A model generated the notes under the pieces. It did no database searches. It saw nothing but the letters and a program-made list of their open reading frames with translations, and was not told the origin of the DNA. This document shows, piece by piece, positions 1 to 8,228 of a DNA stretch of 64,000 bases (the first letter of the stretch is position 1; each line of letters begins with the position of its first letter). This DNA is from a virus (taxonomy: Duplodnaviria; Heunggongvirae; Uroviricota; Caudoviricetes). Both the position numbers and the translations under genes were made by a program. The stretch is taken from IMG/VR virus record IMGVR_UViG_3300018080_000114. One strand, 5' to 3'.

Positions 1-48
1 TACGATGGGCGAGCGACTACAAACTGATGGCCATTTCGGAGAGGTGAT

Positions 49-390
49 ATGAGCTGGGTGGAGATCGAGAAGAGAATGTTGTCTTTGATTGGCAAGGGCT
101 TCCGGGTGTGCTCCTACAAGAGTAGCTTCACCAAGGACCTTGTCGGATGGTACATCTGTACGAACTGGGGCGAACGAGCTGTCTACCTGTGGAAGGATGG
201 CACTATCAATGGGAGCACTGGCTACTGTAGTCCTGGTTTTGGTGTGACACTGGAGGATGATCTCAAAGCGTTGCATTGGGCTCCCGGCTACTGGGGCACG
301 AAAGAAGAGGCAGAGGCTTTCTTGGAGGCGTGGAAGAATGAGAAGATTGATGAATGCGATACTGAAGAGCGTGTACCGGAGTCAGTATAA
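49..390 (+). CDS. hypothetical protein (113 aa)
   Basis: Complete ORF in track; GGAGAGGTGA upstream of ATG; no recognisable motif. Confidence 0.45.
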   Translation: MSWVEIEKRMLSLIGKGFRVCSYKSSFTKDLVGWYICTNWGERAVYLWKDGTINGSTGYCSPGFGVTLEDDLKALHWAPGYWGTKEEAEAFLEAWKNEKIDECDTEERVPESV

Positions 391-490
391 GGCTTTGAGG
401 GATGTGGGATTCAGTGAGGGCGCAGCGACGTGGTTGCTGGGTTCCAGAACAGCCAGGGATATAACTGGCAAGGGAGCGTTTTAATAGTAT

Positions 491-581
491 GGAGGGTCAA
501 GCAGAAGGCTGGCGACTGCTCCGGTTTTGAAAACCGGCGAGCCCCTTAAAGGGCCTTGTGGGTTCGATCCCCTCACCCTCC
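491..581 (+). tRNA. tRNA-Ser (anticodon UGA), type II with long variable arm
   Basis: Cloverleaf folds by eye: acceptor GGAGGGT/ACCCTCC, D-stem GCAG/CTGC, anticodon stem CCGGT/ACCGG with loop TTTGAAA, variable-arm hairpin GCCCC..GGGC, T-loop TTCGATC (one U-U mismatch in T-stem). Confidence 0.6.
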
Positions 582-598
582 GTTGAAAGGAGAAAGAG

Positions 599-928
599 AT
601 GACAATCTATCTCATGTACGGCGCTTACAAGCCATACACGAAAGAGGACAAGGAGTGGACGTGTCAACTGGAAGAGGATCTCTATACAGGAGACTGTCCG
701 GATGTGGGTGAGATTCATATGTTGCGAGGTTGTAATCCGTTCGAAGCTGATACAATCTGCATTGGTCAAATCCTAGTTAAGATAGATCAGCTGGGCATCG
801 ATCTTCAACAAGTGGACATGGATCATCTTCGGGTGACTGATATTCATCTCATGCTTGAGATGCATGCTAAAGAGAGACAGGATCAGTTCTCATCGTTGGG
901 TGTGTTCCTGTTTTCCGTGTTTGATTGA
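599..928 (+). CDS. hypothetical protein (109 aa)
   Basis: ORF track; RBS AGGAGAAAGAG 5 nt before ATG, immediately after tRNA. Confidence 0.5.
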   Translation: MTIYLMYGAYKPYTKEDKEWTCQLEEDLYTGDCPDVGEIHMLRGCNPFEADTICIGQILVKIDQLGIDLQQVDMDHLRVTDIHLMLEMHAKERQDQFSSLGVFLFSVFD

Positions 929-938
929 GGAGGAAGAG

Positions 939-1118
939 ATGAAGAACGTGGAAAGAATCATGCTGGATGACGTCGAGCCGTTCACGTTGTTTGAAGATGA
1001 GCAAGGTTGGCGCGTGAGTCCTGAGGACGATCCGGATGTGCAGAGCATCGCATACCCAACGAAGGGTGATCTGCTTCATGACTTCTACAGTGAGTGTGGG
1101 CCTGAGTGGGAGGAGTAG
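939..1118 (+). CDS. hypothetical small acidic protein (59 aa)
   Basis: Internal ATG of ORF 855..1118 preceded by GAGGAGGAAGAG; previous ORF stops at 928. Confidence 0.35.
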   Translation: MKNVERIMLDDVEPFTLFEDEQGWRVSPEDDPDVQSIAYPTKGDLLHDFYSECGPEWEE

Positions 1119-1119
1119 G

Positions 1120-1284
1120 ATGAAAGATCTATGCATACATATGGCACGGTTGAGTTTGGAGCGGGACAAGGCACATGGATGTGTTTTAGGTCCCATTGAT
1201 TCGTACAGAGAGAAGTGCATTGAGGAACGATGTGGGCATTGGGACAGTGACAAGGGTTGCTGCTCATTGGTCGTGGTGTCATAG
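1120..1284 (+). CDS. hypothetical small Cys-rich protein (54 aa)
   Basis: Internal ATG of ORF 1036..1284 preceded by GGAGTAGG. Confidence 0.3.
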   Translation: MKDLCIHMARLSLERDKAHGCVLGPIDSYREKCIEERCGHWDSDKGCCSLVVVS

Positions 1285-1285
1285 C

Positions 1286-1374
1286 GGAAGGTCTAGCCGA
1301 AGGTTGGCGACGGCACCTCCCTGCTACGGAGGCGAGCCCTAACGGGCCTTGTGGGTTCGATCCCCATGCCTTCC
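1286..1374 (+). tRNA. tRNA-Ser (anticodon GCU), type II with long variable arm
   Basis: Acceptor GGAAGGT/GCCTTCC, D-stem GCCG/CGGC, anticodon stem CCTCC/GGAGG loop CTGCTAC, variable hairpin GCCC-TAA-GGGC, T-arm GTGGG-TTCGATC-CCCAT. Base changes relative to the tRNA at 491 are compensatory in every stem. Confidence 0.65.
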
Positions 1375-1391
1375 TTTGAGAGGAGAAAGAG

Positions 1392-1667
1392 ATGTTAGAG
1401 AGTGAGACACATGATTTCTGGGACAAGGTGAAGCAATACCAAGAGGCACTGTCTGCCTTCCAGGAGAAGCAGCGCCTGGATTCTATTGTGCTCGGCCTGT
1501 TGAAAATCGTGCAACAGGGTAAGTTCACGGTCAACCGGGATCTGAAGTACAATTTGGAGTGGCCTTCAACATTGCCTGATAAAGAGATACAAGCGTGTGT
1601 GGAGTTCATGGAGGCGGTCAACACAGAGAAGTGGGACGAATTGAAAAGGGAATCTGATGGACGCTGA
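1392..1667 (+). CDS. hypothetical protein (91 aa)
   Basis: ORF track; same AGGAGAAAGAG-ATG leader as the gene after the first tRNA-Ser. Confidence 0.5.
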   Translation: MLESETHDFWDKVKQYQEALSAFQEKQRLDSIVLGLLKIVQQGKFTVNRDLKYNLEWPSTLPDKEIQACVEFMEAVNTEKWDELKRESDGR

Positions 1668-1854
1668 GACTTGGGAACTGATTGCAGAGATGAAGGGTAT
1701 CCTGGAAGACTTGGTATATCTGGAGGGCGAGTGTCGGCATGATCATCATGGATTTTGTCAGGCACACAATTTGGCATCAAGGGAAGACTGCCATGTCTAC
1801 AGAGCCAAGAGGGTGTTGGCTGAGATCGAGGAGAAGATGAATGATTCCGAATGA
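1657..1854 (+). CDS. hypothetical protein (65 aa, Cys/His-rich)
   Basis: ORF track; overlaps neighbours by a few nt as in a phage operon. Confidence 0.4.
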   Translation: MDAETWELIAEMKGILEDLVYLEGECRHDHHGFCQAHNLASREDCHVYRAKRVLAEIEEKMNDSE

Positions 1855-2614
1855 AGTTCAAGACAAAGAGAGGTTCTCGTTTGATCACGCGATCCTGTTG
1901 GCCTATCGGGGAAGCATCTCCCATGGGACCTACCGGCCCAGCCATGATCCTAATTCCATCGATGACAGAGATGCGATTGGTATCGTGATCCCTCCCATGG
2001 AGTATTACTATGGGCTGGAGGAGTACGGTTCACGTGGGACCAAGACGCTGATCCATGAAGAGTGGGACATCGTTTTCTACGAGCTGAAGAAGTTCGTCAG
2101 ACTCCTGGAGAAGGGCAATCCGAATGTCCTCTCGTGCCTGTTCCTGGAGCCCAACATGTACATGCAGCTGTCGGCGGCAGGGGAGTTCTTGGTTGAGAAT
2201 CGTGACCTGTTCGTCACCAAGAAGTGCTATCCCAATTTCGTTGGGTATGCTCATGGGCAGCTTCACAAGATGGAGCACGCTGCATGCAGGGGCTACATGG
2301 GTGAGAAGAGGAAACAGCTGGTGGAGAGGTTCGGGTTCGATACGAAGAACGCAGCGCACCTGATTCGGATCTTGCGGATGGGGATCGAGCTGCTGTCTAC
2401 GGGTAGGCTCCAGGTTCATCGTCCAGACGCTGAGGAGATCGTCTCTATCAAGCGTGGGGCGTGGTCTCTGGAGAAGGTCAAGGCTGAGGCTGATCGGCTG
2501 TTCAAGCTGGCTGAGGAGGCTCTGATCAGATCCAGTCTACCGGATGAGCCTGACCGTGAGAGGATCAATCAGGTTTGCTGTGAGATTTTTCATCTGAACC
2601 ATTTGTATCCCTAG
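1841..2614 (+). CDS. Pol-beta-superfamily nucleotidyltransferase-like protein (257 aa)
   Basis: G-S-x9-S-x(4)-DDRD motif (RGSISHGTYRPSHDPNSIDDRDAIGIV) typical of minimal nucleotidyltransferases, followed by a helical C-terminal domain. Confidence 0.5.
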   Translation: MIPNEVQDKERFSFDHAILLAYRGSISHGTYRPSHDPNSIDDRDAIGIVIPPMEYYYGLEEYGSRGTKTLIHEEWDIVFYELKKFVRLLEKGNPNVLSCLFLEPNMYMQLSAAGEFLVENRDLFVTKKCYPNFVGYAHGQLHKMEHAACRGYMGEKRKQLVERFGFDTKNAAHLIRILRMGIELLSTGRLQVHRPDAEEIVSIKRGAWSLEKVKAEADRLFKLAEEALIRSSLPDEPDRERINQVCCEIFHLNHLYP

Positions 2615-2630
2615 AGATTTGTCGTATACT
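2603..2630 (+). promoter_or_regulatory. sigma70-like promoter (TTGTAT-N16-TATACT)
   Basis: -35/-10 hexamers with 16 nt spacer; shares the extended CGTATACTTT box with promoters at 4707 and 12072. Confidence 0.45.
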
Positions 2631-2664
2631 TTGGGTATACGAGAAACCTTTGAGGAGAGCAAAG

Positions 2665-2874
2665 ATGAAGACTCTAGTGCGATTGATGATGACTGGTCAT
2701 TCGATCAGCGTGGTCCTGGACAATGAGTTTATCCGGACCTTCAAGATCACCAAGAGTTTCAAGAGGGAGCGAGTGATTCAGTACTTGGATGAGAATGGGT
2801 TCGAGCCATGCGAGCAGTCGAAGCTGTCTTTCCCATGGCTGGTGGATATCAATTGGAGCTTGGCAAATGCCTAA
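2665..2874 (+). CDS. hypothetical protein (69 aa)
   Basis: ATG after GAGGAGAGCAAAG; first gene downstream of the promoter. Confidence 0.45.
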   Translation: MKTLVRLMMTGHSISVVLDNEFIRTFKITKSFKRERVIQYLDENGFEPCEQSKLSFPWLVDINWSLANA

Positions 2875-3124
2875 GAAGTTAATAGATCAGTTGGCTGGGA
2901 AGATGTACGAAGAAGTTCAGGAGACCCTGCACGCACGTGTCAATCGTGGCGAGTTCACACGTCGGGATGGTGCTGACTTCCGTCAGGCTCTGGAGAAAGA
3001 GCAGGGAACTGTGGGCCATTCCAAGGCGCAGAAGCTGTGGGATCTGGCTTGGGAATACGGGCATGCGAACGGGCTGTTGGAAGTCCGCTTCTACTACATG
3101 GAACTGAAAGAGCTGATTGACTGA
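2867..3124 (+). CDS. hypothetical protein (85 aa)
   Basis: In-frame ATG in ORF 2789..3124, GGAG 8 nt upstream; overlaps previous stop. Confidence 0.4.
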   Translation: MPKKLIDQLAGKMYEEVQETLHARVNRGEFTRRDGADFRQALEKEQGTVGHSKAQKLWDLAWEYGHANGLLEVRFYYMELKELID

Positions 3125-3134
3125 GGAGGTTGAT

Positions 3135-3323
3135 ATGGGTGTTCCGCAGATTTTGGTGATCATCTGGTGTGTCTTTGCTTTCTTCTGGAAGATGGTGCTG
3201 ATGGCGAAGCATGGCGAGAGTCAAGGTGTGGGTCCGGCAGCATCGATAGTGGCTGTGCTGATGCAGTTGCTGTTGACGACTATTTTCCAGCTGTTGCTGC
3301 TCTTCGGTGGCTTCTATGGGTAA
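3135..3323 (+). CDS. small hydrophobic membrane protein (62 aa)
   Basis: ATG after GGAGG; sequence dominated by a hydrophobic helix (ILVIIWCVFAFFW..). Confidence 0.4.
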   Translation: MGVPQILVIIWCVFAFFWKMVLMAKHGESQGVGPAASIVAVLMQLLLTTIFQLLLLFGGFYG

Positions 3324-3471
3324 GGAGCTGCCCAAAGGCTACACTTGCACGTGCGGGAAGTTTCACGAGTATCCTGCGTATGTGTATGCTCACTGGACAA
3401 TCGAGCTGACGCACACGTGCGATTGTGGCAAAACGTGGCTGATCTATGAAGGTGAGGTGGAGGAACTATGA
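3316..3471 (+). CDS. possible small zinc-ribbon protein (51 aa)
   Basis: Sub-threshold ORF absent from the track; CTC-x16-CDC pattern; stop overlaps the next start codon. Confidence 0.25.
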   Translation: MGKELPKGYTCTCGKFHEYPAYVYAHWTIELTHTCDCGKTWLIYEGEVEEL

Positions 3472-3965
3472 AATTCGAACTGGACAAGAGTGTTGTGCAG
3501 ACGTTTGTGGAGTGGGCTGCGGAATTGATTTTGTCGAGGGAGCACCCTTGTTCCCGTTTGGCCAAGGAGATGGATCGCCAGCTGGAGACTCCGATTGATG
3601 GGTCGTGCGAAGAGTATCGGTCTGGTGAGATGAGAGTCTTCCAGGTGGGGCCGGAAGAGATCGACTATGATCGGTTTGACTTCGATTGGCTGGTGTACTG
3701 GTACGAGACTGGGTCCTGGGAGGGTCATGGTTGCGCTGCATACAAACTGGATGGGAAGTTCGGCTGGGCCAACATCGGACATTGCAGTTGCTATGGGCCG
3801 GAAGATCAGATCGGGGCTCCGAGCATGGAAATTGTGTCACTGGTCCAGGATCTGACTACGACTGAGAATGACTACGACCATGAATGGATGAGCGCGGTCT
3901 TGAACAAGGTGGTCGAGCTGGAGTTCGTAGACTGGGAAACTGCCAAAAAGGAGCTGGGACTATGA
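3468..3965 (+). CDS. hypothetical protein (165 aa)
   Basis: ORF track; GGAGG RBS. Confidence 0.5.
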   Translation: MKFELDKSVVQTFVEWAAELILSREHPCSRLAKEMDRQLETPIDGSCEEYRSGEMRVFQVGPEEIDYDRFDFDWLVYWYETGSWEGHGCAAYKLDGKFGWANIGHCSCYGPEDQIGAPSMEIVSLVQDLTTTENDYDHEWMSAVLNKVVELEFVDWETAKKELGL

Positions 3966-4147
3966 AGAAGTGGCGATTTCATTTCACGCTGAAGCACAAA
4001 GCGGCTACGATCTCGTGCAATTTGAATGTGATTGCACGTTCGTGGAAGGAATCTATCATGAAGGTGGATGAGGCATGGAGACTCATTCCGGGCATACCGG
4101 ATAACAAATTCACGATTGTGCTCAATGAGATCGAGGAGATGCCATGA
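3962..4147 (+). CDS. hypothetical protein (61 aa)
   Basis: Internal ATG of ORF 3884..4147 overlapping upstream stop (ATGA). Confidence 0.35.
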   Translation: MKKWRFHFTLKHKAATISCNLNVIARSWKESIMKVDEAWRLIPGIPDNKFTIVLNEIEEMP

Positions 4148-4530
4148 GGTTTGTGTTCATAGATGACGACTCAGACAACCGCAAGCAGTGGGTGCGCTGG
4201 GCCAAGCAGAAGGGGCATCGGGCGCAGGCGGTGGAGTCGGTGTTTGAGGCTGTGGATCTGGTGGCTGACTATTACGTCCTGGACATGTCAGCGGTGGGTG
4301 ATATGTTGCGGATGCACGCGATGTACAGTCCCATCTGTAAGCTGGCTGAGTTGCATCCGGGAGCTGGGATTATCATCCTGTCGGCGTGCTCAGAGAATTC
4401 AGTTCGTGGCGTGATTGATGACGTGGCGGCACACATCGACGGGCTCCGGATTGAGTACGGTGGATGGGGACCGTTCGAGGGTGTGGAGAAGGCGCTGGCG
4501 AAGCTGGAGCCATATGAGGAGGACTTCTGA
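4144..4530 (+). CDS. hypothetical protein (128 aa)
   Basis: ORF track; start overlaps previous stop. Confidence 0.5.
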   Translation: MRFVFIDDDSDNRKQWVRWAKQKGHRAQAVESVFEAVDLVADYYVLDMSAVGDMLRMHAMYSPICKLAELHPGAGIIILSACSENSVRGVIDDVAAHIDGLRIEYGGWGPFEGVEKALAKLEPYEEDF

Positions 4531-4700
4531 TGGACCATCCAATGGCACATGGGAGAGCGGAGAGGAGGCTGTTTGCTGAGGCTATGCTGGCGGTTCGTGC
4601 TCTGTTTGCGGACATGAGCGTAGACAAGCAGCAGATCTACCAGGACCTGACGGCGTTGCAGGAAGAGATCGATGTCATGAAGGACGCACTTTTTCCATAA
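4530..4700 (+). CDS. possible small protein (56 aa)
   Basis: Sub-threshold ORF starting at the TGATG overlap with the upstream stop; ends just before a promoter. Confidence 0.25.
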   Translation: MDHPMAHGRAERRLFAEAMLAVRALFADMSVDKQQIYQDLTALQEEIDVMKDALFP

Positions 4701-4706
4701 AATGAT

Positions 4707-4734
4707 TTGCTTCTCAAGGCATATGGCGTATACT
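4707..4734 (+). promoter_or_regulatory. sigma70-like promoter (TTGCTT-N16-TATACT)
   Basis: Hexamers plus shared GCGTATACTTTAAGTGTAAGCC box, then AACCCTTTGAGGAG RBS of gene 4771. Confidence 0.45.
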
Positions 4735-4770
4735 TTAAGTGTAAGCCGAAACCCTTTGAGGAGCTGAACC

Positions 4771-5256
4771 ATGGCGAAACGAAACTACAGAGCGGACAAC
4801 CCTGTCGTGATGTCGATTCTGAACAGTGAGCTGGTCAATGACAATGAGTTCCTGTATGACATCAAGGTCAAGCTGAATCGGTTCGGTAGTCTGAGCGAGA
4901 AGCAGGGCGCTGCGGTGATTGTAGCGGCCATCAAGAACTTCTGGTATCGGCAGAGAATTGAGCAGAGCAGGCTGGAAGAGGCGAGTGCTCCTGATGTGGT
5001 CGTGGGTAATGGTATTCAGATCACTGGTGAGGTCCTGTCGGTCAAGTGGCGCGATACTCAGTTCGGCATGGTCCTGAAGATGACTGTGCAGGATGACCGT
5101 GGCTTCAAGGTGTGGGGTTCGGTCCCCAAATCCTTGGGTGAGCTTCCGGTGGGCGCTCATGTGACGTTTGTGGCGAATGTGGTGCAGGCTGACGACAATC
5201 CGAAGTTCGGTTTCTTTAAGAGGCCGAGGCAGGCGAGGGCGTTGGCAGTCGCGTAA
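4771..5256 (+). CDS. hypothetical protein (161 aa)
   Basis: ORF track; beta-rich C-terminal half. Confidence 0.5.
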   Translation: MAKRNYRADNPVVMSILNSELVNDNEFLYDIKVKLNRFGSLSEKQGAAVIVAAIKNFWYRQRIEQSRLEEASAPDVVVGNGIQITGEVLSVKWRDTQFGMVLKMTVQDDRGFKVWGSVPKSLGELPVGAHVTFVANVVQADDNPKFGFFKRPRQARALAVA

Positions 5257-5624
5257 CGATAATGGTTGCGGCGTGGGTAGTTGGTGGCGAGCTTCGGCAG
5301 TGTGGGGTCACTGCTTGGTTACCGTGGACGGACTCGAAGTCGCGTTGCGGTGGGAAGCTCGAAAGTACGGGCGTGGGTGAAGGGACCTAGTTGCCATCAG
5401 CGGAATGTTCTTTGGTATGTGCAGGGAAGTCGCAGGCTCAGGGCCGACAAAGGGAGAGTTCTACTACGCGAGGTAGCTCCTAAATCGGTCGGGCTGTCGC
5501 GGGCCAAAGCGGGACCTAAAAGCTGGTCTCGCCGTCATCTTGCCTTTATAGGTGAGGTGGGTGGGTTATTAGGTGTTTGCGGTTTCCTTGCATGTGCCAA
5601 CGAACCTTTTTGGAGAATGAGCGT
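5257..5624 (+). other. GC-rich ~370 nt non-coding region, possible structured RNA or long leader
   Basis: No credible ORF. Track ORFs here translate to Arg/Gly-rich low-complexity text. Several short GC stems capped by CGAA/GAAA/CAAAG-type loops. Confidence 0.3.
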
Positions 5625-5894
5625 ATGACCGTTGAGCAGAAGATTCGAACGTTGTTGGCCGAGCATGGTTTGTGGCCTGACAAGAACGTGGATGCCGTGA
5701 TGAAGATCTACAAGGAGACTCATCCGGAGATCGAGGACAAGGTGTGGCAGGAGCCGCTAACGGCATATCCTCCTCAGATGATTGTGGCGATCTGGATGGG
5801 TGTGCGGCACACGGTGGTGAGGTGGATCGATGAGAATTGCCCGGAGGCATTCTATCGTCCGATGTTCACTGATGAGGAGATTCCCAATGGGTAG
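5625..5894 (+). CDS. hypothetical protein (89 aa)
   Basis: ATG after GGAGAATGAGCGT; internal start of ORF 5577..5894. Confidence 0.45.
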   Translation: MTVEQKIRTLLAEHGLWPDKNVDAVMKIYKETHPEIEDKVWQEPLTAYPPQMIVAIWMGVRHTVVRWIDENCPEAFYRPMFTDEEIPNG

Positions 5895-6099
5895 TGTAGT
5901 CTACTATCGATTTCACAACACGATTCAGGACATGGAGGATTGCATCAGTCATCTGGATGATGATAAGATGAGTGAAGCTGAGGACCGTGAGCGGGCGCGT
6001 TTCATTGAGCTGTGCCGACAAGTGGCAGAGGACTATCCGGAGGACGAGTGGTACGATGACGATCCTCTGGCAGATGGGCAGAATCGGGAGACGGACTGA
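5887..6099 (+). CDS. hypothetical acidic protein (70 aa)
   Basis: ATG overlapping upstream stop. Confidence 0.4.
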   Translation: MGSVVYYRFHNTIQDMEDCISHLDDDKMSEAEDRERARFIELCRQVAEDYPEDEWYDDDPLADGQNRETD

Positions 6100-6419
6100 T
6101 GCGTGAGCGGATACTGGCTATCGCGGAGAAGGTCAAGACAGGGTGGGATTTGATGAGTTTCATGGGTTCCTGTGAGAAGGAGGTTATGGTGGCTCAGACC
6201 ATCCAGGCGTGTAAGACTAATCTGGAGAGGCATGGTTCGGCTTTTTCGTTCTGCACATTGTATCCTGATTCTGGCACAGGGCTGATCAAAAATGGAGAGG
6301 CTTGTGTGGAGCTGAAGCAAGATGGCTACTTCGTGGAGAGTGAGTTCCAGGGACGGGCGACAATCATACCGACAGAGAAATTGCTGGATCGGCTGGAAAA
6401 GTATTTGCAACACAGCTGA
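6099..6419 (+). CDS. hypothetical protein (106 aa)
   Basis: ORF track. Confidence 0.5.
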   Translation: MRERILAIAEKVKTGWDLMSFMGSCEKEVMVAQTIQACKTNLERHGSAFSFCTLYPDSGTGLIKNGEACVELKQDGYFVESEFQGRATIIPTEKLLDRLEKYLQHS

Positions 6420-6600
6420 TTTGGTGTATGCTTTGGAGAGACGATGGAAGAGGTCGTAGAAAACGCAGTACGGTGTACAGTGTGTGGGGCCAACGCTGAC
6501 AGGTATGGAGCGATCTTCATCTGTCAAGCGAACAAGGCTCATCTTGGAGATACCTTTGTTGGGATCTTCACCGACCTTACCTACCCTGAGGAGAATGAAG

Positions 6601-7128
6601 ATGGCTAATCAGCCTACGAAACAGCAGTTGAAAGATCGGATTGTGGAGTTGGAGAAGGAGCTGCACGTGGCGAATGCAGAGCGAGCGTCGGCGCAGAGTG
6701 CTCTGGAGACAGCACGCTGTAATCTGGTTGATTTGGATAGGCGTCTGATTTCACTGGAGCGAAGGGCTGAGGATATGGGCATTATCCAGGAGAACCGAAT
6801 TGCCCAGAACCAGTCGCTCGGTGTCTACCATGCGATTACATCAGGTCAGGTCAGTCAGTCGGCAATCTCTTTGTTGCTCATGCATCTGATTGCGACGAAT
6901 CCCAAGGAATTTGTGAGTGCGGTAAAGAGAGCGGGACTGGGGAATTTCTTCCTCAATCTGACTTCGGATCTGGAGGAGCGGATTCTTGCGGAGCTGAGAA
7001 GTGGGCGCAAGATTCCGGCAATCAAGTTGTATCGTGAGGCCACACATGCGGGCCTGAAGGAAGCCAAAGAGGCGGTGGAAGCCATCGGTGAGCGGAATGG
7101 CATTCCTCGTCCGAAACCTGTGCGTTGA
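6601..7128 (+). CDS. coiled-coil protein with ribosomal L7/L12 C-terminal-like domain (176 aa)
   Basis: C-terminus KIPAIKLYREATHAGLKEAKEAVEAIG aligns with L7/L12 CTD consensus [24 protein letters not shown]; N-terminal heptad-rich segment; ATG 7 nt after GAGGAG. Confidence 0.45.
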   Translation: MANQPTKQQLKDRIVELEKELHVANAERASAQSALETARCNLVDLDRRLISLERRAEDMGIIQENRIAQNQSLGVYHAITSGQVSQSAISLLLMHLIATNPKEFVSAVKRAGLGNFFLNLTSDLEERILAELRSGRKIPAIKLYREATHAGLKEAKEAVEAIGERNGIPRPKPVR

Positions 7129-7346
7129 GGAGATGTGAGATGGCGATTCTGTGGGGTATCTTGTTGGTGATTGTGATTCTGGCCGTGTTGCCGTATGCCC
7201 TTCCGATGGCAGCGTTTCTGCTGGCTTTGTGTGCTGCGGTGTTAGCGTTTGTGGCATGGATTGTGTTTACGGTGATCGGTGGTGCTCTGAAGGCCGTGGG
7301 CCGGTTTCTGAAGCGGATTGGGGCTTTTCTGAAAGGGAACCGATGA
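7125..7346 (+). CDS. small membrane protein (73 aa)
   Basis: Two hydrophobic helices; ORF track. Confidence 0.45.
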   Translation: MRRCEMAILWGILLVIVILAVLPYALPMAAFLLALCAAVLAFVAWIVFTVIGGALKAVGRFLKRIGAFLKGNR

Positions 7347-7579
7347 AGCTGGATGAGAATACTCCGGGTACGATCCTTCTGGGTGTGGCGATAACCCTGC
7401 TGGTGCTGTCTATCGGATCAATACAATGCCGTATGGGGCTCCATAGCTCGCCTAAGCGGTACGAGTTGAAGGAGGGGGCACCGGAGGTCCCTCAGTGGGA
7501 GATCGTGGAGCAGGAGGGCATACGGAGGCTCCTGGACCCTAATGGTACGGTGATAGGTGAGATCGAGGTGCAGAAATGA
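7343..7579 (+). CDS. small membrane protein (78 aa)
   Basis: ATG overlapping upstream TGA; N-terminal TM helix. Confidence 0.4.
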   Translation: MKLDENTPGTILLGVAITLLVLSIGSIQCRMGLHSSPKRYELKEGAPEVPQWEIVEQEGIRRLLDPNGTVIGEIEVQK

Positions 7580-7848
7580 AGTGTGCCGTGATTATGAGCG
7601 ACTTGGGCGGTGGAGACTACTGCTTCCATCTGGTATCTGAGGCTTTTTTCCAGAAAATTGAGTCTCTCCCAGCTGGCTACAGCTTCGGCAAGTGGTGCTA
7701 TGAGGTTCGCTGCATGGTGGGAGAGGCGTTGGAAGAGGAAAGTCCTGAGATTCTTCTGAGTGCCTACACACAGAGTGGCGTGTTGGAGCATGTGAAGGAT
7801 GGTTCACAGCCTGTTGAGATCATAGCATTCTTATCCTTGGGAGATTGA
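7576..7848 (+). CDS. hypothetical protein (90 aa)
   Basis: ORF track. Confidence 0.45.
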   Translation: MKCAVIMSDLGGGDYCFHLVSEAFFQKIESLPAGYSFGKWCYEVRCMVGEALEEESPEILLSAYTQSGVLEHVKDGSQPVEIIAFLSLGD

Positions 7849-8024
7849 GATGTGGTATGGACTGGTGGCTGATGGTGTGTTGCAGTGCGTGCAGTGGTTT
7901 TCTCGTGTTCCGTTGATTTGGGATTTTCATTGCGGGTCCACTGGTGGCGCAGCGAAGTACGATGTGGTGGAAGTCAATCCTGTAATTGTCGGGCGCGTGC
8001 CTGACAGCGTGTGAGGAGAATGAA

Positions 8025-8228
8025 ATGAGACGATTGCTGTGTGTTCTGATTCTGGTGGCGCTCGGTGCATGTGGTTGTGCGGGCATCGGGGCTGACAAGC
8101 AGGCGACTGTGGTTCCTGACTCAGTGACTGTGGGCTGGGCGCAGGAGACGTATCGTGGAGATCCGGATGCGTGGGAGGGCTTCACCTTCTCCGCTACCTG
8201 GGAGTTTAAGCCGAGGAGTAGCCGATGA
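8025..8228 (+). CDS. putative lipoprotein (67 aa)
   Basis: Signal peptide with lipobox-like LGAC|G after GGAGAATGAA RBS. Confidence 0.45.
   Translation: MRRLLCVLILVALGACGCAGIGADKQATVVPDSVTVGWAQETYRGDPDAWEGFTFSATWEFKPRSSR

Noticed and set aside
5257-5624. tmRNA, RNase P RNA or group I intron identity for the non-coding island
   Set aside because: No tRNA-like acceptor/T-arm, no RNase P P4 consensus and no group I P7/P3 core could be found by eye. It is left as an unclassified structured region.
5168-5628. Two overlapping + strand ORFs (70 and 115 aa) in the GC-rich island
   Set aside because: The translations are Arg/Gly/Val-rich without any motif, and there is no RBS. The region is better explained as non-coding structured DNA/RNA.
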